NCBI GenBank assembly: GCA_963737655.1
Contig: CAVTTN010000002.1
Coordinates: 2,784,001-2,848,000 of the forward strand
Reading direction: 5' to 3'
DNA length: 64,000 nt
From: an uncultured Planctomycetota bacterium
GTDB taxonomy: Bacteria; Planctomycetota; Planctomycetia; Isosphaerales; Isosphaeraceae
Translations under genes and position numbers: made by a program
Shown here: in pieces, positions 28,844-39,104 of the stretch
Position numbering within the stretch: position 1 is the first letter of the stretch
Layout: every line of letters begins with the position of its first letter
Notes under the pieces: generated by a model
What the model saw: the letters and a program-made list of their open reading frames with translations, nothing else
What the model was told of the DNA's origin: nothing
The model's database searches: none

Positions 28844-29089
28844 ATGAGCACGGTTGGACGAACGAAATCCGATGCAGCCCCGGCGTGGACGGGTGCCCCG
28901 GAGGCCGTCCCGTCTCCGATGGAAGGGGATTGGGCGGCACGCGTCGCCGAGGTCCATCGGGCGCTCGACCAGATCGATCGCATCGCCGATGCGACGGATT
29001 CGGACGAGTTGTGGGCCAATTTCGAAAAGCAAATCGACGACGAAAGGCGAAGCCTTGGGATGAGGACGCGCTTCGAGCGGAAGGTGTGA
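28844..29089 (+). CDS. Putative antitoxin of downstream PIN toxin
   Basis: AGGAGG RBS; 81 aa, acidic C-terminal half; ends 3 nt before the PIN gene. Confidence 0.6.
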   Translation: MSTVGRTKSDAAPAWTGAPEAVPSPMEGDWAARVAEVHRALDQIDRIADATDSDELWANFEKQIDDERRSLGMRTRFERKV

Positions 29090-29092
29090 AGG

Positions 29093-29544
29093 ATGGCGGA
29101 TTTTGTGGTCCTGGACTCAGGTCCCCGGGCTCCGCGAGCAAGCCGGCCGGCAAGGCGGACGCGGACCGATGCCGAGCCTGGATTCGCCGACTGACCGACG
29201 CTGGCCGACGCGTCGTGATCCCGGAGATCGCCGATAACGAAGTCCGTCGAGAATTGCCCCGACTCGGCGCAACCGCGGGGATCGAGCGGCTCAACCGGCT
29301 CCAAGAGGCCCTGATCTACCGTCCGATCACGACCGAGGCCATGCGGCTGGCCGCCCGACTCTGGGCCCAGGCCCGCCGGGCCGGCAAGCCCACCTCCGAC
29401 CCCCACGCCCTCGACGCCGACGTGATCCTCGCCGCCCAGGCTCAACTGCTGAGCGGCCCGGGGGATTCGGCGGTGGTCGCCACGACGAACCCCGGGCATC
29501 TCGGCCGGTTCATCGACGCGAGGGATTGGCCGACGATCGCCTGA
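29093..29544 (+). CDS. PIN-domain (VapC-like) nuclease; frameshift near 29125, possibly degenerate
   Basis: MADFVVLDSGP, then PEIAD.EVRREL..AARLWAQAR..LDADVILAAQA..VATTNPGHL. Confidence 0.82.
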
Positions 29545-30697
29545 GCCATTTCCGGCTTGCCAGGCCGAGCGCGGCGGACCCGATCACGGCGAGGGTCGTC
29601 GGCTCGGGCACCGGGGCCGGTTCGGGGAGGTTGTTGGGCGTCAGAAGGAGAGTGGCGTAGTCGCCGTCGCGGTCGAAGCCGCTCCCCAGGATCTGGCCCT
29701 CCGCGTTGATCCGGAGGGCCGAGAAGATCGTCCATCCGGAATTCGGCGGGAGCAGGTCGTTGAGGTCGATCATCGTCCCGTCGCGGAAGAGGAAGCCGTG
29801 CTGGACGCCCGAGGCGGTCTGGGACCAGCCGACGACCTCCCCGGCCGCGTTGATCCCGGCCCCGGTGCTGTTCCCTCCTCCGAGGGTGCCGAGGTCCTTC
29901 ATCGCCCCGCCCGTCATCAAGAAGGCGTGAGACGTCCCGTCGGCCAGGGCCGCCGTGCCGACGATCTGGCCGGCGTCGTTGATCTGAGAGGCGGAGCTGG
30001 AATCGCCGCCGAGGGTTCCCAGGGCTCGGAGCGTCCCGTGGTCGTACACGAACCCAAGGGAACGGCCAACCGGTCCGTTTGGGACCGTCGCCTGATAGGC
30101 GGTGCCGACGACCTGGCCGTAGTCATTCAGCCCGTTGGCCGTGCTTTCCTGAAATCCGGGGAGAGTCCCGAGCGGTTGGAGTGAGCCTCCGCTCCAAAGG
30201 AAGGCATGCTCGGGGAAGTTCGGGATCGAGCTGGAGTCGAAAGGGCCGACGGAAATGCCCGCGACGGCCCCACTCGCGTTGATCGCGGTGGCGAACGCCC
30301 AATGATCTCCGGGCAACGTGCCGAGATCGGTCACCTGCCCATGGGAGAAGATGGCTGCCGAACCGGAACCGTTGGGCTGGTCCACTCCTCCGGCGACCTG
30401 GCCCGCATCATCGATTGAGGAGGGGTCAAAGACCTGGTTCTCGGCGAGTGTCCTCACTCCAGGATCCGGCCCGTAACCGCTATAGAGCGCGAAACCCGGT
30501 TGGAGGAGGCTCGTCTGGCCGACCAGCTGGCCCGCGTTGTTCAGTCCGACATAATCGGCGTCCGGGACGCTGTTCGAACCTCCTCCCAGGTTCGTAATCC
30601 GATACGAGGCATCGGCCCTCGCCGAGCGATTCCCGAGGAGGAGAAGCATGGCCGCGGCAAGGGCGAGGCGCGGCCGGGTTCGGAGATGGGGCGTCAT
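29510..30697 (-). CDS. PEP-CTERM surface protein with HAF extracellular repeats
   Basis: Signal peptide ending ARA; repeated DLGTLGG..A..IN..G.VVG..HAFL; VPEPTT followed by TM and basic tail. Confidence 0.9.
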   Translation of the reverse strand: MTPHLRTRPRLALAAAMLLLLGNRSARADASYRITNLGGGSNSVPDADYVGLNNAGQLVGQTSLLQPGFALYSGYGPDPGVRTLAENQVFDPSSIDDAGQVAGGVDQPNGSGSAAIFSHGQVTDLGTLPGDHWAFATAINASGAVAGISVGPFDSSSIPNFPEHAFLWSGGSLQPLGTLPGFQESTANGLNDYGQVVGTAYQATVPNGPVGRSLGFVYDHGTLRALGTLGGDSSSASQINDAGQIVGTAALADGTSHAFLMTGGAMKDLGTLGGGNSTGAGINAAGEVVGWSQTASGVQHGFLFRDGTMIDLNDLLPPNSGWTIFSALRINAEGQILGSGFDRDGDYATLLLTPNNLPEPAPVPEPTTLAVIGSAALGLASRKWLRRSSANPSRR

Positions 30698-30914
30698 GCC
30701 GGACCCTCCTGGGGTCGATCGTGGTGCCGTCCGGCTCCGGGGCGGTTGGCCCCTTGAGGCGGGACGATCGCAGACTCCTTCTTGCGTGTCAATGCGATCT
30801 CGCGAGGGTCGGTGGGGAAGATTTCCCACAAGGTCTTTGACCGAAGGGCCGAATGCCTTATAGTCCGTTCGATCGGCCCGGGGCGGGTCGAGAGGGCCTG
30901 GGTCGGGAGCGGGC

Positions 30915-31660
30915 ATGGCCGAGGCGATCGAAACCGAGCTGGACTTCGTCGCCGTGGGGCCCACCCCGATGACGTCGAGATCGCGTGCGGCGGGACGCTC
31001 GCCAGCCTTTCGCGGAAAGGGTACAAGGTCGGCATCGTCGATCTGACCGACGGCGAGCCGACCCCGCTTTCCCCCGGACCCGACGTGAGGATGGAAGAGG
31101 CCCGGCTCGCCGCCGAGATCCTCGGCGTCCACGTTCGGATCAACCTGAACCTCCCGAACCGTCGCCTGTTCGATTCGTTCGAGGCCCGCGTGGCCCTGGC
31201 AAAAGTCTTCCGGAAGCATCGGCCGAAGGTCGTCGTGGGCTTCGGCGGCAAGACCGTGATGGCGTCGCCCGACCATTATCAGGCCATGCTGATCACCGAC
31301 GCCGCCGTCTTCTACAGCCGTTTGACGAAGTGGGACGAGCATTTCGACGGCCTTCCGGTCCATACCGTCGTCAATCAATTGAGCTTCCCGATCGGCCTCC
31401 ACGGGCTCGACTTGCCCGAGTCGTCCGGTTATCTCGTAGCGGACATCGGCGCGACCCTGGGAGCGAAATTGGAGGCGATCCGGGCCTACCGGACCCAATT
31501 CCCGGAGGCCAAGTCCCGGGTGTTCTCGGCCGTGGAGTCCATGAATCGCTACCACGGGCTGACGGCCGGCTTCGAGGCGGGCGAATTGTTCCTGACGTAT
31601 CGCTCGGTGGGCGTCGAAGACCTGATGCACTGGGCCAGCCCGCGGCACTCTCGGCCGTGA
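30915..31660 (+). CDS. PIG-L family deacetylase (BshB1-like); frameshift near 30958
   Basis: LDFVAVG / AHPDDVE..CGG, DLTDGE, R..EA..AA.ILG, PDH. Confidence 0.88.
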
Positions 31661-31897
31661 GGGCCGGCGTGACGGGTTGGGGATTTTCGAGAGTTTGAGG
31701 AAACCTCCGGGGAGATGATTCCCTTGACCGATCGGCCCCGATAGACTTCATGGGAGACGAGAGGCCGCCCCCCGGGCGCCCGGATCGCCCCCGACGATGA
31801 CCCTGGCCCCTTTCGACGCGGAAATGGCGGCCTGGCCCTCCCGGCGAGGCGACGGCCCGGACCGGCCCCGGCCCTCGATGAAGAAAAGGCGAACGAG

Positions 31898-32941
31898 GTG
31901 ACTTGGCAATCCTGGCTCCGCAACCTGTTGCGACCTCGGCCCCCGGCCCCGAGAGAGTCCCCGCGGAGGGTCGATCCCGACTCGACCCAGGACTTCCTCC
32001 CGTCGGGCATGCCGCCGTCCCCCCCGTCGATGACGGCGACCGCCACTGAGGGGGAGGGCAACGGACGCCCCCGGCTCCGCGTCGGCGTGGTCTCGACGAC
32101 CGGCAACGTCCGCGAGCATAACGAGGACAACTTCTACGTCCCCGGTCGGGCCTCGCTCAACAACACCCCGATCGTGACCACCGGAGGAACCGGTCGGAAG
32201 GACGACAGCTTCTCCTCCGCCCGGACGGCCGAGTTCAGTGGCCCGGCCACCGCCGATTTCTCCGCGATGCCCAACGGCGCCCCGGAAAACCTCTTCATCG
32301 TGGCCGACGGCATGGGCGGCCAGCTCGCCGGGGAGAAAGCCAGCCAGCTCGCCGTCGAGGTCATCCCGCTGGAGGTCGCCCGTCGGCTCCCCAAGGAGGC
32401 GGACGACAAGGCCATCCAGCGGGCCCTGAGGGACGCCGTGGCCAAGGCCAATGAGGAAATCCTCGCCCTCTCGCACCTCGGCACCGAGTTCGCCAACATG
32501 GGGACGACCGTCGTCCTCGCGCAGTTCCTGGAGGATCGCGCCTTCGTCGCCGGGATCGGCGATAGCCGGGCCTATCGGCTCCGGGGTGGCAAGCTCGATC
32601 AGTTGACCCGGGACCACTCGCTGGCCAACGCCCTGGGCGAGGCCGGGACGATCCGGCCCGAGGAGGTCGAAACTCACAAGTTCAAGCATGTCCTGTACTT
32701 GTACCTCGGAAGCAAGGACGCCCGCGACGGCCCAGAGGACGTCCGGGTGGTGGACGTGAAGCCGGGCGATCACTTCCTCCTGGCGTCCGATGGGTTGATG
32801 GGCGTGGTCCGCGACGAGATGATCGCGGCCATCCTGGAAGAGCACGAGGACCCGCAGAACGCCGCCCAGGCCCTGGTCAACCGGGCCCTGGAGTTGCGGT
32901 CGAAAGATAACATCACCGCCGTGGTGATCCAGGTCTGCTGA
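31898..32941 (+). CDS. PP2C-family Ser/Thr protein phosphatase
   Basis: GNVREHNED, VADGMGG..AGE.AS, MGTT, GDSRAY, QLTRDHS, SDGL, DNIT. Confidence 0.93.
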   Translation: MTWQSWLRNLLRPRPPAPRESPRRVDPDSTQDFLPSGMPPSPPSMTATATEGEGNGRPRLRVGVVSTTGNVREHNEDNFYVPGRASLNNTPIVTTGGTGRKDDSFSSARTAEFSGPATADFSAMPNGAPENLFIVADGMGGQLAGEKASQLAVEVIPLEVARRLPKEADDKAIQRALRDAVAKANEEILALSHLGTEFANMGTTVVLAQFLEDRAFVAGIGDSRAYRLRGGKLDQLTRDHSLANALGEAGTIRPEEVETHKFKHVLYLYLGSKDARDGPEDVRVVDVKPGDHFLLASDGLMGVVRDEMIAAILEEHEDPQNAAQALVNRALELRSKDNITAVVIQVC

Positions 32942-32994
32942 TCGAGCCTCGGGGGATCGAGGGGGCGGGCCAGGGGCCCGGATCGGGGTCGGGC

Positions 32995-34370
32995 ATGGCC
33001 GGGCTTGACGACTTCGTGGCCGACGTCGCCCGCAGCGGCCTGGTCCCTCGGCCGAAGCTGGACGAGGCCCGGCTCCGGCTCGGCGACGTCCCGCCCGAGG
33101 AAGCCCCCAACAGGCTCGCCCAGCTCCTGATCGCCCAGGGGGCCTTGACGTCCTACCAGGCCCGCAAGGTCCTCGCCGGGGTCACCAAGGGCTTCTTCCT
33201 CGGCGAATACCGCATCCTCCGCCGGTTGGGACAGGGTGGGATGGGCAAGGTTTACCTCGCCCAGGACCCCCAGGGCTTCAAGGTCGCCATCAAGGTCCTC
33301 CCGCCGAACAAGTCGGGCGAGGGGACGCAAACGCTCAAGAGGTTCCGCCGCGAGATGGTCCTCTCACAGAGGGTCCGGCACCCCAACATCGCCCGGACCA
33401 TCGAGGTTGGCGAGGAGAAGGGCGTCTACTTCATGATCATGGAGTACGTCCCCGGCGATAGCCTCTACAACCTCATCAAGGGAGACAAAGGCGGCCCGTG
33501 GAGCGTCCCCGACGCCGCGCGGTACTTCCTCAAGGCGCTCGACGGCCTGAACGCCGCCCACGATGCCGGGCTGATCCACCGCGACATCAAACCCTCCAAC
33601 CTGATGGTCACGCCCGAGGGCGAGCCAAAAATCCTGGACCTCGGCCTGGCCCGGTCCTCGACCTCCGACGAGGATACCCCGCTGACCCGGCCCAATACCG
33701 TGATCGGCACCCTCGACTACGCCAGCCCCGAGCAGCTCTCCAACGCCTCCTCGGCCGACCGCCGGAGCGACCTCTATAGCCTGGGATGTACCCTGTACTT
33801 CACGCTCTCGGGCCGCCCCCCGTTCGAGGGAGGCGACGTCGTCAACAAGATTTACAAGCAGAGGATGGAAGATCCTCCCCCTTTGGAAAGAATTACCCGA
33901 GGGGTGCCGGCGGCATTCGCCGCGATCGTCAAGAAATTGATGGCGAAGGAACCGAACGATCGCTACCAGACCGGCGCGGAGCTCCAGGCGGACCTGGCCC
34001 GATGGGCCGACCCGAGGCTCGTGGATTCCTCGCTGGGAGCCGAGGCCGATTTCTCCCGATCGTTCCGGCCTCCGCCTCCCGAACTCGCCGAGGATGACTT
34101 ACGGCTCCTCCCCGACCCGAACCCGTCTCGGGACGCGGGTCTGCGCTTCGCGACCTGGGAGAGGCCGAACCCGGGGGGCCGCCGCGACGGTCCCTGCCCC
34201 CGGCGGCGAAGCCGGCCGTCCTGATCCCGGGGCCGTCCGCCCCGCCGCCCGATCCGCCGGTCGCCGGAGGGGGCCGGTCCGAGGATTCGTCGTGGCTGTT
34301 GCCGTTCATCGTGGTCGTCTGCCTGATCGGGGCGCTGGTCATCGTGCTCGCCTCGGCTCTCATGAGATGA
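32995..34370 (+). CDS. Hanks-type Ser/Thr kinase with C-terminal TM anchor; frameshift near 34140
   Basis: LGQGGMG.V, VAIK, HRDIKPSN, DLGLAR, GTLDYASPE, SDLYSLG; shifted frame gives WLLPFIVVVCLIGALVIVLASALMR*. Confidence 0.92.
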
Positions 34371-34439
34371 GGCTTGGCCCGATCTTTGCACAAGGAGGGG
34401 GCATGCCCGGAAACGACGCCATTTCAGGGCGAAGACCCG

Positions 34440-34652
34440 ATGGATGCTAGACGAATGGCCCCTCTCGTAGGCAATGACGCCGAGAAAGCCCGCACGACGG
34501 CGAGGCTCACGGATGATGTGGTCGAAATCGGTCTCCTCCTCCCGGCCCACCGGGTCGAGGCCCTCCTCACCCTCTCGCGACAGACCCGGCAGAGCGTCGG
34601 TCAGATCCTCAGGGGCCTGATCGACCAGGCGATCCCGCTGGCCGACTGCTGA
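34440..34652 (+). CDS. Small hypothetical protein, possible ribbon-helix-helix
   Basis: VEIGLLLP...VEALL.LS....QSVGQILRGLID strand-helix-helix pattern. Confidence 0.5.
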   Translation: MDARRMAPLVGNDAEKARTTARLTDDVVEIGLLLPAHRVEALLTLSRQTRQSVGQILRGLIDQAIPLADC

Positions 34653-35881
34653 CCGAGGTGACCTTCGTCGCGGATGGCTCAGGAGCCAGAACCTTGGGTG
34701 GGGCCTCCGCGACGGGGATGGGGCGGAATATCGCGAGAAACAGGGCCAGGGTCATCCCCGCGATCGACGAGGGGACCAGGAAGATCCAGCCCCACGAGCC
34801 GTTCAGGTCGTTCATGACCTCTCCGGCGAGGAGACCGCCGATCAGGGCCCCAGGCCCGAAGTCGTCATGACCCAGAGACTTTGCGCCCGGCGCGATGGTC
34901 CGGAGGGGCCTGCGCATCGACGAACATCGGCGCCGCCACGTGGAAGAACGCGATGGCAAGGCCGTTGATCGGGATGGTCAGCAAGGCCACGACCAGCCCC
35001 GGCCTCGTCGCGAACAGGGCGTGATAGAGGGCCCACGAAGCGATGCCAGCCGCCATCGTGCAGCGGCCTCCGAATCGCTTGAGGACGCGGGGCAAGGCAA
35101 TCAGTGCCACGATTTCGGGCAGTTGACCCAGGGTCATCGCCCAGGCGATTTGTCCCGGAGGCAGCTTGATCGACCGGAGGTAGGCGGGGACCGCTTGATA
35201 GACGAATGGGGTCGTCATGCTCACGCCGAACGCCGCCGCGAAGGCGACGGCCACGCCCGGTCGGCGAAGGAGGGCGCGGGCCTCGGCCAGACCGATCCTC
35301 TGGCCCATCGCGAGCGGCGGGGTGTCGGGCAGGCGGAGGCTGGTCAGGGCCATCATCAGCGAGAGGGCCGAGGCGATCCAGAACGCCTCGGGAATGCCCC
35401 GGGACGCCTCTCCTGGGCCGGTCGCCGCCAGGGTGGCCGAGACCAGCCATCCCGCGGCCATCCAACCGACGGTGCCCCAGAGCCGGACCGCGCCGAACTC
35501 CTCGGCCGGTCGCGATAAGTTCCTCATCGCCACGGTGTTGCACAGCCCCAGGTACGGGGCCACGATCAGCCAGTAGGCGAGGAACAGCGGGAAGAGGGTC
35601 GCGAACGACTTCACCATCCCCGATCCGGCGACCGCGAGCAATCCGGTGCCGACTCCGTAGATCAGCGCCAGGAGCTTCTGGGCGGAGACTTTTCGGTCGG
35701 CGACCTGGCCGGCCCAGGGCGGAGTGACGAGCGCGGCGACGGCCAGGGTCGCGAAGATCCCGCCCCGGCCTCGACCGGAGATCCCCAGGTCATCGAGATG
35801 GACGGCCAGGATCGGCCACCATGCACCCTGGACAGCATAGCCCAGGGCCATCATCAGGCCGAGACGCCCCTTGGTCCCCAA
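34609..35881 (-). CDS. MFS transporter, NupG/nucleoside:H+ symporter-like; frameshifts near 34887 and 34848
   Basis: GQVADR, FGAVRLWGTVGW, LPDTPP, MTLGQLPEI, AQSLW..T.GLG. Confidence 0.85.
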
Positions 35882-36002
35882 CGCCGCCTCCTGCCGTCGG
35901 GGACCAGCCCGCTCCGAGGTCGGCCTTTGACCTCTCGCGATCCGCGGTCAGCCATCCGCTCGCGCTCTGCGGACCGCCGAGGATGGACCGCTCCGAGCTC
36001 AA

Positions 36003-36323
36003 TCAGATGGGATACAGGTTCTTCAGCTCGGCGCGGGCCTTGGCGCTGCCCTTGGACGCCTTGATGAGCGGGAAAGTTTTCATCGTGCCATCGACTTCGA
36101 GCTTGAGGATGCCCGAGCGGATCACGGAGGTCGCCACGCGGACGTACCGGGTGGTGCCGTTGGGCAACCACACGTGAATCCTCTGGAGGTTTGGCTCGAA
36201 GGTTCGGCGGCTGATGCCGGTGGTCTTCTTGCCGACGCCTCCGAGGTACTTGGCCTTACCTCGGGTCGTGATGTGATTGCCGAACGACGTTTTCTTGCCG
36301 CTGACTTCGCACTTCTTGCCCAT
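36003..36323 (-). CDS. rpmB: 50S ribosomal protein L28
   Basis: CEVSGK..FGN..RGKAKYLGGVGKKTTGISRRTFEPNLQ. Confidence 0.95.
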   Translation of the reverse strand: MGKKCEVSGKKTSFGNHITTRGKAKYLGGVGKKTTGISRRTFEPNLQRIHVWLPNGTTRYVRVATSVIRSGILKLEVDGTMKTFPLIKASKGSAKARAELKNLYPI

Positions 36324-36404
36324 CGCGGACCGTCCCTTCCCTCTGTCTGTCGGCCTGACTTGCGGTTTGAAGGCGATCGGCCGGACCGAGCCGGCCGGAT
36401 CACG

Positions 36405-36614
36405 TCACTTCTTCGGCTTCTCGGCCCCGGCCAGCGGGTTGTGCGGCTTGGACCTCTGGACGTTGCCGCATTCCTCGACCAGGTCGCAGACCTTGTGCGG
36501 AGGGATGGCGATCTTGCATTGCGGGCAGGTGTTCAATGCGGGCGCGACCAGAAAGTCGTGGCTCCGACGCATTCCCTGCCGAGAAGGAGACTTCCGCCGT
36601 TTCGGTACACCCAC
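36405..36614 (-). CDS. rpmF: 50S ribosomal protein L32
   Basis: VPKRRKSPSRQGMRRSH..CPQC..PHKVC. Confidence 0.93.
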   Translation of the reverse strand: MGVPKRRKSPSRQGMRRSHDFLVAPALNTCPQCKIAIPPHKVCDLVEECGNVQRSKPHNPLAGAEKPKK

Positions 36615-36713
36615 GACACACGCTCCCGCGACTCGCCGGACCTGGAGGCTGACGTCGAAAAGGTCTTAGCTTAGCGACGTCCGGCCCGGTCCCGCAAGGC
36701 CAGTCCTCGCCGA

Positions 36714-37430
36714 TCACGCATCCGGCCCACGCTCCAGGACGGCGAACAGGTCGCGAAGGGGAAGCGTGAAGCCCGGGAGGACGTCGCCGCCGTCCAGGGT
36801 GCCAGCTTCTCCAATCTCCACGAACCGCGACGGGGAGGTGTAGGCCCGAGCTTTTTTCTTCCGGCGGTCGATCGTCCAGACCAGGCGAGTCCCGGCATCG
36901 AAATACTCCCGGAGCTTGCGGCGGATCTCGGCCGGAGTGTTGCTCCGGCTGAGGACCTCGATGGCGAGATCGGGAGTGAGCAAAGGGACGGATTCCTGGG
37001 GAGCATTCGCCGATGGCAGCCGCGCCCAGGAGACGAACGAGACGTCGGGGATGCGGAGGAGGCCGGTGATCAATCGCAGCGTTCCATCGGGGCCGGCGAC
37101 GAGCCCGAGCTTGTTCGTCTTCAGGAAGTTCCCGAGGATCCGGATCAATTCGGCGGTCAGGACGGCCTCCTCGTAGCCCATTGCCTTCTCCACCAGGACC
37201 CCGTCGATGATCTCACAGGATCGGTTCTCGCGGTCCAGGACGCTCAGGACGTCCGCCTCGGTGGCGGTCCCCGGCGGGGGGGAGAGGCGGACCCGAGACG
37301 CGGGGATTCCTCCGAGCGATCTGAGCAGGTCGGCCACGGTCGTCGGTGGCGAGGGGACAGGGGCCGGCGTTTTGGATCGGGCGGGGGCCGGCGATGGGGG
37401 CCTTGGCATGGTGGGCGGTCCTTCGGGCAT
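36714..37430 (-). CDS. Uma2-family (DUF820) endonuclease
   Basis: EIIDGVLVEK, RIPDVSF, PDLAIEVLSRSN, EYF.AG.RLVW.ID, VLPGF. Confidence 0.9.
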   Translation of the reverse strand: MPEGPPTMPRPPSPAPARSKTPAPVPSPPTTVADLLRSLGGIPASRVRLSPPPGTATEADVLSVLDRENRSCEIIDGVLVEKAMGYEEAVLTAELIRILGNFLKTNKLGLVAGPDGTLRLITGLLRIPDVSFVSWARLPSANAPQESVPLLTPDLAIEVLSRSNTPAEIRRKLREYFDAGTRLVWTIDRRKKKARAYTSPSRFVEIGEAGTLDGGDVLPGFTLPLRDLFAVLERGPDA

Positions 37431-37573
37431 GGGGCGTCCTTCGGATTCTCCGATCCGAACCGACTTGCGGCAAGGTCGGCGGCGACTCCCGGCCGAGGGA
37501 TCGGTTACAATCTCTTCCTATCGACCGTCGGCGACGATCGCCGCGATCCTCGTGGGTGAAGGGTTCCGGTCTC

Positions 37574-38428
37574 ATGGCGAGCGAATCGATGGATGCCGAG
37601 AGCGGCTCGAGGTGGGGATTCGTCGGGGCCGGCAAGATGGCGATGGCCTTGATCCAGGGGATGATCCGCTCGGGCATCGCCCCTTCCGGCTCGATCCTGG
37701 CGTTCGATCCCGTTCCGATGGCCGTCGAGGCGGCTCGGGCGGCCGGGGTGCGGGTCGTGTCGTCGAATCGCGAGGTCGCCGAGGGGGCCGATGTGCTGGT
37801 CCTGGCCGTGAAGCCTCAGGCGATGCCGGGCGTCCTGGCGGAGCTCCAGCCGGCGGTCTCGACGGATCATCTGGTGATCTCGGTGGCGGCCGGGGTGCCG
37901 TTGGCGACGCTCTCGGCCGGGCTCGGCCCGGAGCCGAGGTTGGCCCGGGTCATGCCGAACACTCCGGCGCTGGTGGGCGAGGGGGCCGCGGGGTTCTGCC
38001 TGGGGGCGAATGCCTCGGCGGAGGACGAGGCGCTGGTCCGCTCGTGCCTGACCGCCGTGGGCCGGGCCTTTCGCGTCCCCGAGTCGCTCCTGGACGCCGT
38101 CACGGGCCTTTCGGGCAGCGGCCCGGCGTTTGTTTACGTGATGATCGAGGCGATGTCCGATGGCGGGGTCCGCGCCGGGCTGGCTCGCGACGTGGCCACC
38201 GCCCTGGCGGCCCAGACCGTCCTGGGCGCCGCCAAGATGGTCCTGGAGACGGGCCTCCATCCGGGCGTCCTGAAGGATCAGGTCACGAGTCCCGGAGGGA
38301 CGACGATCGCCGGGATTCACGCCCTGGAACGCGGCGGATTTCGGGCCTCCGTGATCGACGCCGTGGACGCCGCGGCGAAACGGTCGGCCGAGCTCGCCGA
38401 GATCGCCTCGCGGACCACCTGGAATTGA
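37574..38428 (+). CDS. proC: Pyrroline-5-carboxylate reductase
   Basis: GFVGAGKMA, LAVKPQ, SVAAG, RVMPNTP, TGLSGSGPA, VTSPGGTTI. Confidence 0.96.
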   Translation: MASESMDAESGSRWGFVGAGKMAMALIQGMIRSGIAPSGSILAFDPVPMAVEAARAAGVRVVSSNREVAEGADVLVLAVKPQAMPGVLAELQPAVSTDHLVISVAAGVPLATLSAGLGPEPRLARVMPNTPALVGEGAAGFCLGANASAEDEALVRSCLTAVGRAFRVPESLLDAVTGLSGSGPAFVYVMIEAMSDGGVRAGLARDVATALAAQTVLGAAKMVLETGLHPGVLKDQVTSPGGTTIAGIHALERGGFRASVIDAVDAAAKRSAELAEIASRTTWN

Positions 38429-38457
38429 CGACCGAGGAAGGCGGACGCGATCGACCC

Positions 38458-39077
38458 ATGAAAATCGGGCTGATTTCCGACATCCACGGCGATCCCCTCT
38501 CCCTGGAACTGGCCTGGTCCCACCTGAAGGTCCTCGGGGCGGACCAGATCCTCTGCGCCGGCGACGCCGTGGGTTATGGCCCTCATCCCGACCCGGTCGC
38601 GAAATTCCTCGTCGGCCGGAAGATCGCGGCGGTCCGGGGCAACCACGACCGCTGGGCCATCGAGCGCGGGCCGGACGCGGGAGACGAGTTCGGCGGAGGC
38701 CGTCCTTCGAGCGCGACCATCGAATACCTCCGCTCCCTGCCGGCCAATCGGGTGATCGACGCCGAAGGAAAGATCGTCGTGGTGGTCCACGGCTCCCCTC
38801 GGAGCGACATGGAATACGTCCTGAGGGCGACCCACGGGCCGAGGTCCTCGACGCCCTCCTCGCCGAGATCGGGGCCGACGTCCTCGTCGTCGGCCACACC
38901 CACGCGCCGATGGTCCATCGCGGCGATCGCGGGATCGTCGTCAATCCGGGTTCGACGCTCTCGTTACCCGTCGTCCGGACCTCGCGGACCTTCGCCCTGC
39001 TCGACACGACGACGATGACCGTGACGTTCCACGACGTCGAGACCGCCAGGCCGCTGGAAGTCCCCCGCTGGGCCTGA
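38458..39077 (+). CDS. YfcE-like metallophosphoesterase; frameshift near 38840
   Basis: SDIHG, GD.VGYGP, GNHD, HGSP; then GHTH.P..VNPGS in shifted frame. Confidence 0.88.
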
Positions 39078-39104
39078 ACCCCGTTTTCTTGAGGATTTTC
39101 GCCC

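Noticed and set aside
30915..31660. Assignment as bshB1 (bacillithiol synthesis)
   Set aside because: No bshA or bshC in the window; only the PIG-L family level is supportable
31898..34370. Kinase-phosphatase pair as an anti-phage system
   Set aside because: Ordinary Hanks kinase and PP2C, abundant in planctomycetes; no defence-associated partners
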